Source: Planctomycetota bacterium (GTDB lineage Bacteria > Planctomycetota > J058 > JAJDCP01). From it: DNA of 64,000 nt. Made by a program: the position numbers and the translations under genes. The notes under the pieces are model-generated. The model ran no database searches and was not told where the DNA came from. It saw nothing but the letters and a program-made list of their open reading frames with translations. Of the stretch, positions 18,285 through 28,429 are shown one piece after another. The stretch is taken from NCBI GenBank assembly GCA_029260765.1, contig JAJDCP010000125.1, positions 1,863 to 65,862 of the forward strand. Direction: 5' to 3'. Position 1 is the first letter of the stretch. Every line of letters starts with the position of its first letter.

Positions 18285-18980
18285 TCAAGCCAGGTCGAAC
18301 AGCATCACTTCCGCCGGGCTCTCGGCCTCGATGCGCGCGCTCTGCTCGTCGCTCAGGGCCGCGCCGTCGCTCGTCTGCAGCGGTGTCCCGTTGACGCGCA
18401 GAGTGCCGCGCAGAACCTGCAGCCAAGCGTGGCGGCCGGGGGCGAGAGCGTGGTCGAGCGTCGCGCCACGGTCGAGCCGCGACAGGTAGATGCGGGCATC
18501 CTGGTGGATACGCAGCGACCCATCCGCGGCGTCTGGCGAGGCCACCAGCCGCAGGCGACCTGAGGTCTCATCCGTGAAGCTCTTCTGCTCGTAGCTCGGC
18601 GTGATGCCCCGCTCCCGAGGCAGCAGCCAGATCTGGTACAGGTGCAGAAGCTCACTGGAGGAGTGGTTGAATTCGCTGTGGACGATGCCCGTTCCGGCGG
18701 ACATGCGTTGGAGTTCGCCGGCGCGGAGCACCTCGCCGTTGCCCATCGAGTCCTTGTGCTCGAGGGCGCCCGAGAGGATGTAGGTGACGATCTCCATGTC
18801 GCGGTGGGGGTGCATTCCGAAGCCCCTGCCGGGCTGGATGCGGTCCTCGTTCATGACCCGTAGAGCGCGGAAGCCCATCTGCTCGGGCTCGTAGTACTCG
18901 GCAAACGAGAAGGTGTGGCGGGCGTCCAACCAGCCGTGGTCGGCCTGGCCGCGTTCGTTGGCTATGCGTCGCTGCAGCAT
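18285..18980 (-). CDS. yhhW: Pirin family protein (YhhW-like)
   Basis: 'RGQADHGWLDARHTFSF', 'GFGMHPHRDMEI', 'MSAGTGIVHSEFN'; metal ligands intact. Confidence 0.93.
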   Translation of the reverse strand: MLQRRIANERGQADHGWLDARHTFSFAEYYEPEQMGFRALRVMNEDRIQPGRGFGMHPHRDMEIVTYILSGALEHKDSMGNGEVLRAGELQRMSAGTGIVHSEFNHSSSELLHLYQIWLLPRERGITPSYEQKSFTDETSGRLRLVASPDAADGSLRIHQDARIYLSRLDRGATLDHALAPGRHAWLQVLRGTLRVNGTPLQTSDGAALSDEQSARIEAESPAEVMLFDLA

Positions 18981-19163
18981 GTCGGGTCCTCCTCTGGCAT
19001 GCGATTTCATACTCAGGGAGTGTAGATGAGGCCGATTATGGCGATAATAGGTCTTTGTTGGGATTTATTGTGCCGTTCTTGGGATAATCGCTCAGCTTGG
19101 GGGGCATTTGCGCTTGAGCCCTGGGTTGGCGCTCGATGACGAAAGATCACCGGGACGAGCCTG

Positions 19164-20627
19164 CTACTCACCGAACCCGAAGTCGGTCGTCTGGGTGCGC
19201 AGCTCGAAACCTTCGGTGACCAGTCGGGTTTCCAGCACGAGTCCACCTGGCCGCAGCTCCGGAGCCAGGATCAGCAGATACGCCCAGCGCGCGCTGCCCA
19301 AACCGGAGTTCCAGTCGACGACCAGCTCGCACTCCTTGACGGGCACCGTCTGGCCGGCGAACTCCCGCTCGGAGTCGCGCTCCTCGTAGCCAACCGCGGT
19401 GACGCCGCCGTAGACAGACAGCTCGCTGAGCATCTGCTCGCCCTGCGTGCGGCGCAGGAAGCCTCCCCAGTCTTCGACGCGGGTCGCTTCGCCGCCGCGC
19501 AACACCGTCACCGAACAGAGTTGTTCGCCGTCCACAGCGGTCGTCCAAGAGAGCCCGTCCTGCTGCGCGCTCAGCTCGCCGCCCAGCCAGGTCGTCATCA
19601 CAAACCGGTGCCAGCTCTCCGCCTGGTCCGCGTGGGCGGGCTGTAGAGCCTGCGCACCCTCAAGTCTGGGCCGCTCGGCAGGGGCGGCGATCTGCTGCTC
19701 GAGCTCGAGGCTGCCCAGGTCGGGCAACGGCTGGGGCGCGCCGTCCGCACCCGCGGGAGCGACGTACTGCCTGGCCTCGATCGTGGCGAGATGGACGCGG
19801 TCGCGCTCGGCGGCAGCGAGCCGGGAGCGCTGGACCTCCTGCAGCTTGAGCCCCGGATCGCGCGGCGTTCCCATGTTCTCGATGATCTCCATGTTGACCA
19901 GATGCGAGACGCGGGCCTGATCGGACTGCATCACCACGTTGGCCTGCCAGCGCTGCAGGTAGATCAAGGTCAGACGGTAGCCGGCGACAGTGGGGCTGGA
20001 GGTCGGACGGTTGGGCACGTCGACATGCGCCAGCTGGGTGGTTCCATCGTCCTTGCGCCCGATGTTGTGGGTGGTCATCATGGTGGCGTCGTGCTGCACG
20101 GCGGAGAGCTCCGCGCGCAGCCAGAGCAGCTCGTGCAGGTCGTGCGGGCTGAGCTGCATCGAGCCGTAGACCGCGGCGACCCGCGGATCTTGCCAGAGCT
20201 CGCGCGGGATGACCTCGTGGAAGCTGAACGGGTCGGCGTAGCCAGCCGCTGCGGCAGCCTCCAGCCGGGCCATGCCGAGGTCGGTTTCGCCGAGGCACAG
20301 CAGGGCCGCCGCCTCACCGAACAGAGCCTCACAGCGGGCCCAGGCTGGATAGCCGTGGACCCGTGCACGCAGGTCCAGGGCACGGAACCAGCCCCGCGCC
20401 TCTTCGAAGTAGCCGGGGCCCATCATGCATTCCCACACCTTGACGACGCGCTCGATGAATTCGATCTGGCGCTCGAAGGCGTCGCAGTCGCCCGGGACCT
20501 TCGGGTCGAGCCAGACTGCGGGGGTGAACGGGGCTTCGGGGGCGGCAGGCGTTTCGGCGTCCTGTCCCAGGCAGAACGCCTGCAGCAGACAGACGCTGAG
20601 CAGAATCCAGTGATGTGTGCGGGTCAT
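19164..20627 (-). CDS. Hypothetical secreted protein
   Basis: Signal peptide, TPR-like 'LEAAAAAGYAD' segment, helical middle, beta-rich C-terminus. GAGGAG RBS. Confidence 0.7.
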   Translation of the reverse strand: MTRTHHWILLSVCLLQAFCLGQDAETPAAPEAPFTPAVWLDPKVPGDCDAFERQIEFIERVVKVWECMMGPGYFEEARGWFRALDLRARVHGYPAWARCEALFGEAAALLCLGETDLGMARLEAAAAAGYADPFSFHEVIPRELWQDPRVAAVYGSMQLSPHDLHELLWLRAELSAVQHDATMMTTHNIGRKDDGTTQLAHVDVPNRPTSSPTVAGYRLTLIYLQRWQANVVMQSDQARVSHLVNMEIIENMGTPRDPGLKLQEVQRSRLAAAERDRVHLATIEARQYVAPAGADGAPQPLPDLGSLELEQQIAAPAERPRLEGAQALQPAHADQAESWHRFVMTTWLGGELSAQQDGLSWTTAVDGEQLCSVTVLRGGEATRVEDWGGFLRRTQGEQMLSELSVYGGVTAVGYEERDSEREFAGQTVPVKECELVVDWNSGLGSARWAYLLILAPELRPGGLVLETRLVTEGFELRTQTTDFGFGE

Positions 20628-21020
20628 GGCCTCTCCTCGCAGTACGGGGCTTGGTGGACGGTGTCTCGATCAGGCGTCTCTACTGCCAGTGTAGCCTGTG
20701 ACCGGCGCTGTGGGGAACCGAAACCCTGCAGACCGGTTTCGCAGCGAGGCTGAAGTCCTGGCCCGCTTGCCTTCGATGGCTGCGCGGACCTTGCCCGCGG
20801 TGGGATCGTGGTTCTCGATGGCGTCTCTGTGGCTTCCTTCCTGCTCCCACAGCATGCTGCGGGCCCCAAGGCCGTAACAGCTGCGGCTGAGCGCCTGAGC
20901 CCCATTGGCCGCGCACCGCCCAGGGCCGGCAGCGCGCGCCCAGTGCGCCTCTGGGATCGACGTCGACAGCACAGCGCAGGCAAGCAATACTGGCGACGAC
21001 GCCCTCTTGGAGGTGATGCG

Positions 21021-22301
21021 ATGGACAATTGCCGAGTCCCTGGCCGCACGCTGCAGCTCCGGCTGCTTTGCCTGTGCGCCGTCACGCTATGTCTTCCGGC
21101 CTGCGCCGACGACTGGAGCCAGTTCCTCGGCCAGGCCCGCGACGGCCGTTCAGACGAGTCGGGACTGGCCCGGCAGTGGCCTGACGGGGGGCCGCGCGAA
21201 CTGTGGAACGTCGGGGTGGGGCCTGGCTTCGGCGGCGCGAGCATCCGCGACGGCGAGGTCTTTCTGCTCGACCGGGCCGACGATGCCCAGGATGTGCTGC
21301 GCTGTTTCGATCTGGCCAGTGGCGCAGAGCTCTGGCGCTTCGAGAACGACGTGCCGGGCCGCCTGGACTACAACGGCTCCCGCTCGACGCCAACGGTGAC
21401 CAAGCGCCACGTGTTCGCTCTCGGCCCGCTGGGCCATCTGTATTGCGTCGATCGGCGCAGCCACGAGCTGGTGTGGATGGTTGATCTGATGGCGACCTTC
21501 GGCAGCTCGCCGCCCCGCTGGGGTTTCGCGGCCTCCCCGTTGCTCTACGATGAGACGGTGATCGTCCCCTCCCTGGCGGACGAGGTCGGCCTGGTAGCCT
21601 TCGATGTGGACGATGGGCGGCCGCTCTGGCAGAGCGGCAATGTCGGGGGCGAGAGCTACTGCTCACCGGCGATCCACCGCATCGGCAAGCGCGACGTCGC
21701 GATGTACCTGAGTCCCCAGGGTCTGTACGCCATCGACGCGCGCAATGGCAAGCAGCTGCTGCACTACGCGGGCTACCAGTGCTCGATCCCGATCACCGCT
21801 CCGACGGCGCTCGGCAAGGGCGCGTTCTTCCTGACCGGAGGCTACGAGACCGGCTCGGTGTTGATCCAGCTCAAGGCCAAAGGGCGCGGCCTGGCGATCA
21901 CCGAGATTTTCCGGCTCGACCGCGACGGCGCGCAGATCCATCAGCCCATCCTGTTCGACGGCCACCTGTATGCCAACTTCAACGAAGGCGGACAGGGACG
22001 GGGGCCGGTGCCCGGCTTGACCTGCCTCAGCCTGGACGGGCGCGCCCGTTGGGCTGCCGAAGACAGCCCTTCGGTCGACCGCGGCAGCCTGATCCTGGTC
22101 GATGGCCTGCTGCTCAGCCTCTCCGGCCAGGATGGGGTGCTGCGCCTGCTCGAGGCAGATCCTGACGGCTACTCGGAGCTCGCCAGCGCCCGAGTCTTCG
22201 AGAACGGCGAGAACGCCTGGGCGCCGATGGCGTTTGCCGACGGAAAGCTGCTGCTGCGCAGCCAGAGCGCCCTGAAGTGCCTGGACCTGATCGAGCCCTG
22301 A
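21021..22301 (+). CDS. PQQ-binding-like beta-propeller repeat protein (BamB-like)
   Basis: Signal peptide, 'DDWSQFLG', repeated 'CFDLASGAELW' blades, 'WAPMAFADGKLLLRSQSALKCLDL'. GGAGGT RBS. Confidence 0.9.
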   Translation: MDNCRVPGRTLQLRLLCLCAVTLCLPACADDWSQFLGQARDGRSDESGLARQWPDGGPRELWNVGVGPGFGGASIRDGEVFLLDRADDAQDVLRCFDLASGAELWRFENDVPGRLDYNGSRSTPTVTKRHVFALGPLGHLYCVDRRSHELVWMVDLMATFGSSPPRWGFAASPLLYDETVIVPSLADEVGLVAFDVDDGRPLWQSGNVGGESYCSPAIHRIGKRDVAMYLSPQGLYAIDARNGKQLLHYAGYQCSIPITAPTALGKGAFFLTGGYETGSVLIQLKAKGRGLAITEIFRLDRDGAQIHQPILFDGHLYANFNEGGQGRGPVPGLTCLSLDGRARWAAEDSPSVDRGSLILVDGLLLSLSGQDGVLRLLEADPDGYSELASARVFENGENAWAPMAFADGKLLLRSQSALKCLDLIEP

Positions 22302-22508
22302 GCCGGATCTGCCAGGCCTGCCCCTCGGCGAGTTGTAGCGCGTCTCCCAAAAGCTCGTACTCGTCGGCGTGGAGCGTTGCTTTCATGCGGTCCGACGGCC
22401 GAGCCTACCGACCACGCCCAGCGAAAAAAAAGAAAAAGCGAGCCACTCTCTCTTCCCGGCACAGGGGAATTGACCCGCTTCTGCAACTCCTCCATTGAAA
22501 GGTCGGCC

Positions 22509-23237
22509 ATGCACAACATCTTGCCGGAGCTCGTTCTGGCAGCCAATACCCGAGACAACATCCTGGTCGTATTGCTGCTGATCGGCGGTGTCGCCGCCAT
22601 CTTCGGGGTCTATGCCTTTCAGGGGGCCTACTTCAAAAAGGCCGGAAGGGGTTGGGCGATGATGGCCAGCCGCCTCGGTCTCCGCTACCGAAACGACAGC
22701 GAGACAGGCACGGTCTTTGGCAAACTGCAGGGCTTCAAGGTCCAGGTCGAGCTGGAAGTGCACGGCTCCGGCCGGCATCGGAGCTATTTCACCCACGTCA
22801 GCCTGAGGCTTCCTCGCAGCCTGGGCCTCGAGCTGCACGTGCAACCACGCAACATCCTCGGGCGGCTTGGCAACCTCTTCGGCAAAGAGATCGCATTCAA
22901 GGACACGGAGTTCACGAAACATTACATCGTCGGCGCCCGCGAGCGGAAGGCGGCCAGGCAGCTGCTCGACGACGGCCTTCGCAAACTGCTCAGGGACTAC
23001 GCACGCAGTTTCAAGGGCCTGGTCATCCAGGACCGTGAGCTCAGCTGGAAGACCCAGACCACCGTCACGGACACCAAGAAGCTCAGCTTGATCCTCAAGG
23101 CCCAGGTGCGCATCGCAGGCCACCTCTTCCCCGAGAGCGTGGAAGCTGACGAGCAGCCGTCCTCCGCCTCCCGAGGCCGTTCCGCCAAGCGCCGGCGCCC
23201 CATAGGCAAGCGTGCTCTCCGCACGAGAGCACTATGA
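22509..23237 (+). CDS. Hypothetical single-pass membrane protein
   Basis: One TM segment followed by 'W..MASRLGL' and an alpha/beta domain with 'DTEFTKHYIV'; basic tail. Confidence 0.75.
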   Translation: MHNILPELVLAANTRDNILVVLLLIGGVAAIFGVYAFQGAYFKKAGRGWAMMASRLGLRYRNDSETGTVFGKLQGFKVQVELEVHGSGRHRSYFTHVSLRLPRSLGLELHVQPRNILGRLGNLFGKEIAFKDTEFTKHYIVGARERKAARQLLDDGLRKLLRDYARSFKGLVIQDRELSWKTQTTVTDTKKLSLILKAQVRIAGHLFPESVEADEQPSSASRGRSAKRRRPIGKRALRTRAL

Positions 23238-23330
23238 CAGATGACGGGGACATGCAACCGTTCGGACTGTCTCAGCAGGACCCCGCCCATCGCGCCCTGT
23301 CCCCCTCAATGCGCAACGGAGGATCCAGCT

Positions 23331-24101
23331 ATGCTCACTGAAGAAGAACGCAAGATCGTGACCTGCGACTGCGGCAAACGGCTGCGCTACCCGGCCAGGC
23401 TCGAGGGCAAGCGCAGGCGCTGCAAGGCTTGTGGTGACTGGCTCGTACTCAGCACGCAGGAGGCCGACGAGGCGCAGCCGCCGCGTCGAACCGCTCGGCG
23501 GATCCGGCGGCGGCGTGCGCTTCCCCAACGCGGCGGGTTCCTGGCGGGTCTGGGGCGCGCGTTTGTGCAGAGGCTGGTCGTAACCGGAGCGATCCTGGCC
23601 GTCGTCACGGTGGTGGTCGGGCTCCAACACCTGGCCAGCCCGGAGCCGAAGACACCGCCGCCAGGGACCTGGCGTATGCCAGCCTATGGCCTGTCTCTAG
23701 AGCATCCTGCCGGCTGGGTGGAAGAGATCGAAGAGGGCCAGCACTTCCTGTTGCACAAACCCAGTGACAACGAGGCCCAGCTGGCCATCTTCGACGAATT
23801 CCTGCCCGACCTGGTGCTGCAGGATTTGCTGATCGATGCCTGGCAGCCGCTGCACAAAGCGGGCTTCTACCTCGAATCCAGCTGCGTCGACCAGATCGAT
23901 GGCGTCGAGGTTCTGCACTTCGAGTACCGGGGCAAGGGGCACATCACATCCAACTTCGCCAACGTCGAGTACCGCTACCACGAGCTCGTGTACCTCCGTG
24001 GTGATCGGCTCGTCACGCTCAACGCCAGCGCGCCGAAGGCGAAGTGGGCCCAGTGGAAGCCGAAGATCGACAAGATCCTGCGCAGCGTGCGCCTGCGGTA
24101 G
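23331..24101 (+). CDS. Zinc-ribbon + TM + PsbP/DcrB-like domain protein
   Basis: 'CDCGKRL...CKACG' Zn ribbon, TM helix, 'YGLSLEHPAGW...IDKILRSVR'. GGAGG RBS. Confidence 0.75.
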   Translation: MLTEEERKIVTCDCGKRLRYPARLEGKRRRCKACGDWLVLSTQEADEAQPPRRTARRIRRRRALPQRGGFLAGLGRAFVQRLVVTGAILAVVTVVVGLQHLASPEPKTPPPGTWRMPAYGLSLEHPAGWVEEIEEGQHFLLHKPSDNEAQLAIFDEFLPDLVLQDLLIDAWQPLHKAGFYLESSCVDQIDGVEVLHFEYRGKGHITSNFANVEYRYHELVYLRGDRLVTLNASAPKAKWAQWKPKIDKILRSVRLR

Positions 24102-24418
24102 GGAATCCTCAGCAAACACCTGCCGGTAGAGCCCGGACCATGGTCGGGCGCCAGCTCCAACTCCGGCGCGGAGCGTTGCACAGCAGCAGCCACCACAACA
24201 GAAAGGCAGAGCTGGCAAAGCGCAGGAGCCTGGGCAGGAGACCGCTGCGGTCGAGCAGCACGCCGTCACCGGGGAAGCCGCTCCAGCCGAACAGGGCGGG
24301 CCGGCGCTGCAGCGGGGCTCACGGTAAGGAGGCTGGGCTGGAGGTCTTCGCTGGGCGCGACCTGGCCGGCGGTTTCCAGTCCGACGGCTCGGCGCGGAAC
24401 GCCGAACACGCGTCCCGT

Positions 24419-25135
24419 TCAGAAGCTCTCGCAATGCGGGCGCAGGTCCAGCTCGAGAGTCCAGCAGTCGCGGGGCTGGCGCGCCAGCTGCCAATACTGG
24501 CCGGCGATCGCATCGGGCTGCAGCAGAGTCGTCGCGTCGCGCTGGGGCTGGCTGAGGCGCAGGCGCGGCGTGTCGATCTGGCCGTCGATGACCACGTGAG
24601 CGACGTGGATGCCCGCCGGCCCCAACTCACGCGCCAACGACTGCGCCATACCGCGTACTGCGAACTTGGCAGCGCTGAAGTCGACAGCGCCGCCACGGCC
24701 GCGCACCGCCGACGTAGCCCCCGTGAACAGCAGCGTGCCACGCCCCGCGCGCAGCATGTCCGGCACCGCCTGCTGCGCGCACAGAAAACTGCCGAGCGCG
24801 CAGACCCGCCAGGCGCGCTCAAAGTCCGCCGCACTCAGGTCGAGCAGTCCCTGCCAGCGTGCCGCGCTGGCGTGGTTGATCAGAATCCCGACCGGCCCGA
24901 AGAGCTCGCGCAGCGAGGCGAAGGCTGCCACTACCTGGTCGGGCTCAGCGATGTCGGTCGCGATGCCCCGAGCCTGGTGCCCGGCCGCGCAGAGCTCCCC
25001 TTCGAGGCGGGCCAGGCGCTCACCTGAACGGGCCAGCAACCCCACGCTGCAGCCCTCCGCGGCGAAACGTCGCGCCAGCGCTGCCCCCAGACCCGGTCCT
25101 ACCCCCGTGATGACCGCGAGCGTCCTGTCCATCAT
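24419..25135 (-). CDS. SDR family NAD(P)-dependent oxidoreductase
   Basis: 'TGVGPGLG', 'TGATSAVRG', 'FSAAKFAVRGMAQSLARELGP', 'HVVIDG'. Confidence 0.92.
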   Translation of the reverse strand: MMDRTLAVITGVGPGLGAALARRFAAEGCSVGLLARSGERLARLEGELCAAGHQARGIATDIAEPDQVVAAFASLRELFGPVGILINHASAARWQGLLDLSAADFERAWRVCALGSFLCAQQAVPDMLRAGRGTLLFTGATSAVRGRGGAVDFSAAKFAVRGMAQSLARELGPAGIHVAHVVIDGQIDTPRLRLSQPQRDATTLLQPDAIAGQYWQLARQPRDCWTLELDLRPHCESF

Positions 25136-25245
25136 GATCCTCCTGCTCTGCCAAGCCGGACTCTCCAGCGTTGCCCACGGGAACCGGCCGCCCAGGGTGA
25201 GCACACCAACGCACCCGGCAGAGGACTGTCACGCCGCCCGGCAGG

Positions 25246-26274
25246 CTACTTCTGGAGATACAGCCACACCTGGCCGGTCGATGTCCCGTCGATCGTCACC
25301 GTATCTCCGACCAGCACATCGAGCTTGCCGTCGCCGTTGACATCCTCGACGTGGATGCGTGTGGAGCCCGCCGGACCCGCCGCGGGCGTCGGCGCGATGA
25401 GTGTCTGGAACGCGGCGAGCTGCGCGGGGATCGCTTTGCCCAGGTCCGCGTCATCCGCACCGTCCAGGGCCTGGTTCTCGGCCCATTGGATCTCGCCCGT
25501 GTGGCTGGTAGCGAGCAGATCGAGGTCGCCGTCGCCGTCCCAGTCGACCACGAAGGGGTCGCTGTGCGCGCCCGCGGTCCGCATCACCGCGCCGTCCGCG
25601 CTGGTCAGCGCGGTGGGCCGGGGCAGGAAGCTGCCGGCCCCCTCTCCACTGAAAACGAAGAACGTGCCTTTGAAGTTGCCGACGACCAGGTCGAGGTCGG
25701 CGTCCCCATCCCAGTCTACGGCGAAGGGGCGGGTGCAGATGTTCTCGGTCAGTTGCTGGGCGCGGTCGGTGAGCTCGTGGTGCACCATCAACAGCTCGCC
25801 GTCGGTCCCCGTCAGAGCCTCTGCTGCAGCGAAGCTGCCGTCTTCTTGTCCACGCAGGACATGGAACAGCCCGACCATGACCTCATGGCCAGAGACCGAG
25901 TAGCAGCCGGAGAGAATGTCGGGGCGGCCGTCAGCGTCTACGTCCACAAACTGTGGCGTGGAGCTGGTGCATCACCAGACACCCGGGACGCTGGCGGGCT
26001 CGCCGCCTGCCTCCAGCCAGCGCTGGGCTTCGAAGTCGAAGCCGCCGTCGGATTTTCCCCGGTACAAGCTGATCTTGCCGTCCCGGAACTGTCCGACCAG
26101 CAGGTCTTTCACGCCGTCGCCATCGATGTCCGCAAGGCATGGGGCGGCGTATCCCGGGCTCTCCACCCGGATCGGCTGCCCTTCGGCAGTGACGAGCACC
26201 GGGTCCTCGAAACCGTCGCCGAAACAGGGGCCGAGCATGCCGAGAAACAGACCGGTCATGAGCAGTCGTCGCAC
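25246..26274 (-). CDS. Secreted FG-GAP/VCBS repeat protein with an in-frame TGA (candidate selenocysteine)
   Basis: ORFs 25972..26274 and 25246..25947 are in one frame and join as VPGVW-TGA-CTSSTPQFVDVDADGRPD. Signal peptide plus five DxDGDGxxDL-type repeats; 342 codons in total. Confidence 0.75.
25932..25966 (-). promoter_or_regulatory. Candidate bacterial SECIS hairpin
   Basis: CAGC-TC-c-ACG-CCACA-[GTT]-TGTGG-a-CGT-a-GA-c-GCTG. The apical loop starts with GU, 20 nt after the UGA. Confidence 0.55.
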
Positions 26275-26460
26275 AGGTGGCCTCCAGGTAAGGTGTTCTG
26301 TGCATCGTAGCAGCTCGCTGCCACAGAGGCCAGCTCGCTGCGGCGCTCGGGCGGCACAGCCTCCGGCCGGCCCGTGCTTCTCAATACACGACAGGAAGCA
26401 GGATCAGTTTGTCCGAAGGCGCGCAACGCCCACACAACCGCCGATCCAGCCCCCCAACCA

Positions 26461-26922
26461 TCAGGGGTTGGCGGAGATGGTCGCGGTCAACGTCGTCGTG
26501 AAGGTTCCCGCAGGCAGCGGCGGCACGGGGATGAACCGGAGCTCGATGGTGAAATCCGCGTCGCCGGGTCCCGCGGAGGACGCGCTCACCACGGCATCGC
26601 CGCCCGGCGTGCTGGTCGCGGAGGCCGCGTCCAGATTCCAGGCGGTGCCCTGCTCGAGCAGCAGGGTGAGTCCGATCGCCGGCCGAGTGCCAGCGATGGT
26701 CTCGTGCTCGAAGGCGGGCGCCGAGAAGACGATATGGGCCCCGGCCGGCTCATCGCAGCGGACCTGCCACAGCTCGGTCCGGCCGACTGCGGGTTGGTCG
26801 GGGTCGGCGCTCAGCACGACGTCGGCAGGCGGGGCGACGCTGACGGCCGCCCATAGGGCGAGGGGCGTGGCGAGCAGGCCTATCATGAAGACGGCGCGGG
26901 CGCTTCGAAAATCGGGATGCAC
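26461..26922 (-). CDS. Small secreted Ig-fold pilin-like protein (minor subunit)
   Basis: GAGGAGG RBS with GTG start, signal peptide, C-terminal 'LPAGTFTTTLTATIS' strand typical of chaperone-usher / SCPU pilins. Confidence 0.65.
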   Translation of the reverse strand: MHPDFRSARAVFMIGLLATPLALWAAVSVAPPADVVLSADPDQPAVGRTELWQVRCDEPAGAHIVFSAPAFEHETIAGTRPAIGLTLLLEQGTAWNLDAASATSTPGGDAVVSASSAGPGDADFTIELRFIPVPPLPAGTFTTTLTATISANP

Positions 26923-26939
26923 AGGACACCTCCTCGCTG

Positions 26940-27899
26940 CTAGGGCTGCCACGTCTGCAGGAGCGCCGCACATCGCGAGCGCACCTCCTGCGTTGCCGCC
27001 GCATCCGAGGCTCCGAGCTCGGCGACGGCGTACGCCATCTCTGGATCATCGTGGGCCCGGTAGGCCAGGGCCAGGATGTCGTAGCAGCCGGCACCCCGCG
27101 CATTGGCCTGCTCGGCAAAATACAGAGCATCGGCCGGCCGGTAGAGCTCGGCCGGCCCCTCGGTCCGCAGATAGAGCGCTGCCAACTCGCGCATCGCCAG
27201 CTGCGGCTCGCCCGGCCCGCCCACCAGAGCCCGGAGGAGGGCCTCGGCCCGCCCGGACTGGTCGGTTCCCAGCAGAGCGCGGGCCAGAAACAGGCCGCTC
27301 TCGAGGTCAGGACGCTCTTCGAAGGTCCGCTCGAGCAGGGGCAGGCCGCGCGCATGCTGGCCCGACTGAACACAAGCAATGCCGAGGTAGCGCTCCGTCT
27401 GAGCGTCCCGCTCGACAAGGCTGGTCAGAAGCTCACAGGCGCGGGCCGGCTGCCCGCTCTCCAACAGCGTCAGACCTAGCAACTTGCGGGCAGCCTGGTG
27501 TTCCGGATGCCGCACGAGGATGGCCTCGAATGCGCTGATCGCCGCGCTGTGCTGGTCGGCCAGGAACAAGGCCTTTCCGAACTCGTAGCGCAGGCGCTCG
27601 TCTCCCGGCCAGGCCTCGAGCAGCTGCGCGTAGACCGCAGGCAGCTCGCTGAGCCGCTGCATCTGCTGGTAGCCGAGCTGCAGAGCCTTATGCGCGGCTG
27701 GCTCCTCGGGGTGCCGCTGCAGATACACGCGGGCCGCTTCGGCCGAAGCCCACGGGTCGTCGCGGGGAACGAAGGCCGAGTCCGCGGCCCGGGCTGTGCC
27801 GGGAGCCGCAGGCGGCGGTTCTCGCAGCATCTGCCCCAGCAGCAGCCCGAGTAGACCGGCTACAGCCAGGACCCACAGGAATCGTCTACGAGCCCTCAT
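26940..27899 (-). CDS. Membrane-anchored TPR protein
   Basis: N-terminal TM helix, several TPR units, 'YDILALAYRA'. Confidence 0.8.
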   Translation of the reverse strand: MRARRRFLWVLAVAGLLGLLLGQMLREPPPAAPGTARAADSAFVPRDDPWASAEAARVYLQRHPEEPAAHKALQLGYQQMQRLSELPAVYAQLLEAWPGDERLRYEFGKALFLADQHSAAISAFEAILVRHPEHQAARKLLGLTLLESGQPARACELLTSLVERDAQTERYLGIACVQSGQHARGLPLLERTFEERPDLESGLFLARALLGTDQSGRAEALLRALVGGPGEPQLAMRELAALYLRTEGPAELYRPADALYFAEQANARGAGCYDILALAYRAHDDPEMAYAVAELGASDAAATQEVRSRCAALLQTWQP

Positions 27900-27920
27900 C
27901 GGACTGCCTCCCTGCCCGAC

Positions 27921-28388
27921 TCAATGCGTGAACGTTACCGTCACCGTGGCCCCCCAGGAGCCGGCCGGAGCGTGACCGAAGGCATTGACCTCACCTGTGA
28001 CCAACACGGTCCACAAGCTCTCGCCGTAGCCGAGGCAACCGAAGGTCACCGCTTCGGGCATGCCATTGACCGCGACGACTTCGTCGGGTGCGGTGACGTA
28101 GTTGCCGATCGGGCCGTTGCCACCATTCGGATTGATGCGCATCCTCCAGTCGAGCTCGGGTCCGTCGGGATCGATCTCGGCGACGGCGCTCCAGGGGATG
28201 TTGGCCACGACCGCGATGGGCAGGAGCTCCGTGGTGTTGAGCGTTGTGGCTAAGTCCCCATCAGGGCAGATGTCGACGACGAAGCTGGGATCGACCTCGA
28301 CGTCGATCCGGACGGTGCAGACATCGTCCGCGAGGGCGGCCGTCGCAGCCAGGCATGAGAGGATGATCAATAAGACGTTGCGAGACAT
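27921..28388 (-). CDS. Secreted pilin-like protein (putative major subunit, class-5/alpha chaperone-usher-like)
   Basis: AAGGAG RBS, signal peptide ending ALA, mature N-terminus 'DDVCTVRIDVEVDP', C-terminus 'APAGSWGATVTVTF'. Confidence 0.65.
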   Translation of the reverse strand: MSRNVLLIILSCLAATAALADDVCTVRIDVEVDPSFVVDICPDGDLATTLNTTELLPIAVVANIPWSAVAEIDPDGPELDWRMRINPNGGNGPIGNYVTAPDEVVAVNGMPEAVTFGCLGYGESLWTVLVTGEVNAFGHAPAGSWGATVTVTFTH

Positions 28389-28429
28389 GCTGTGAGCTCC
28401 TTTGCTCAAGGGAACCGACGCCCGGGCTA

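Noticed and set aside
25972-25974. Genome-wide TGA reassignment (code 4 or 25)
   Set aside because: Many intact genes here end in TGA at their expected C-termini.
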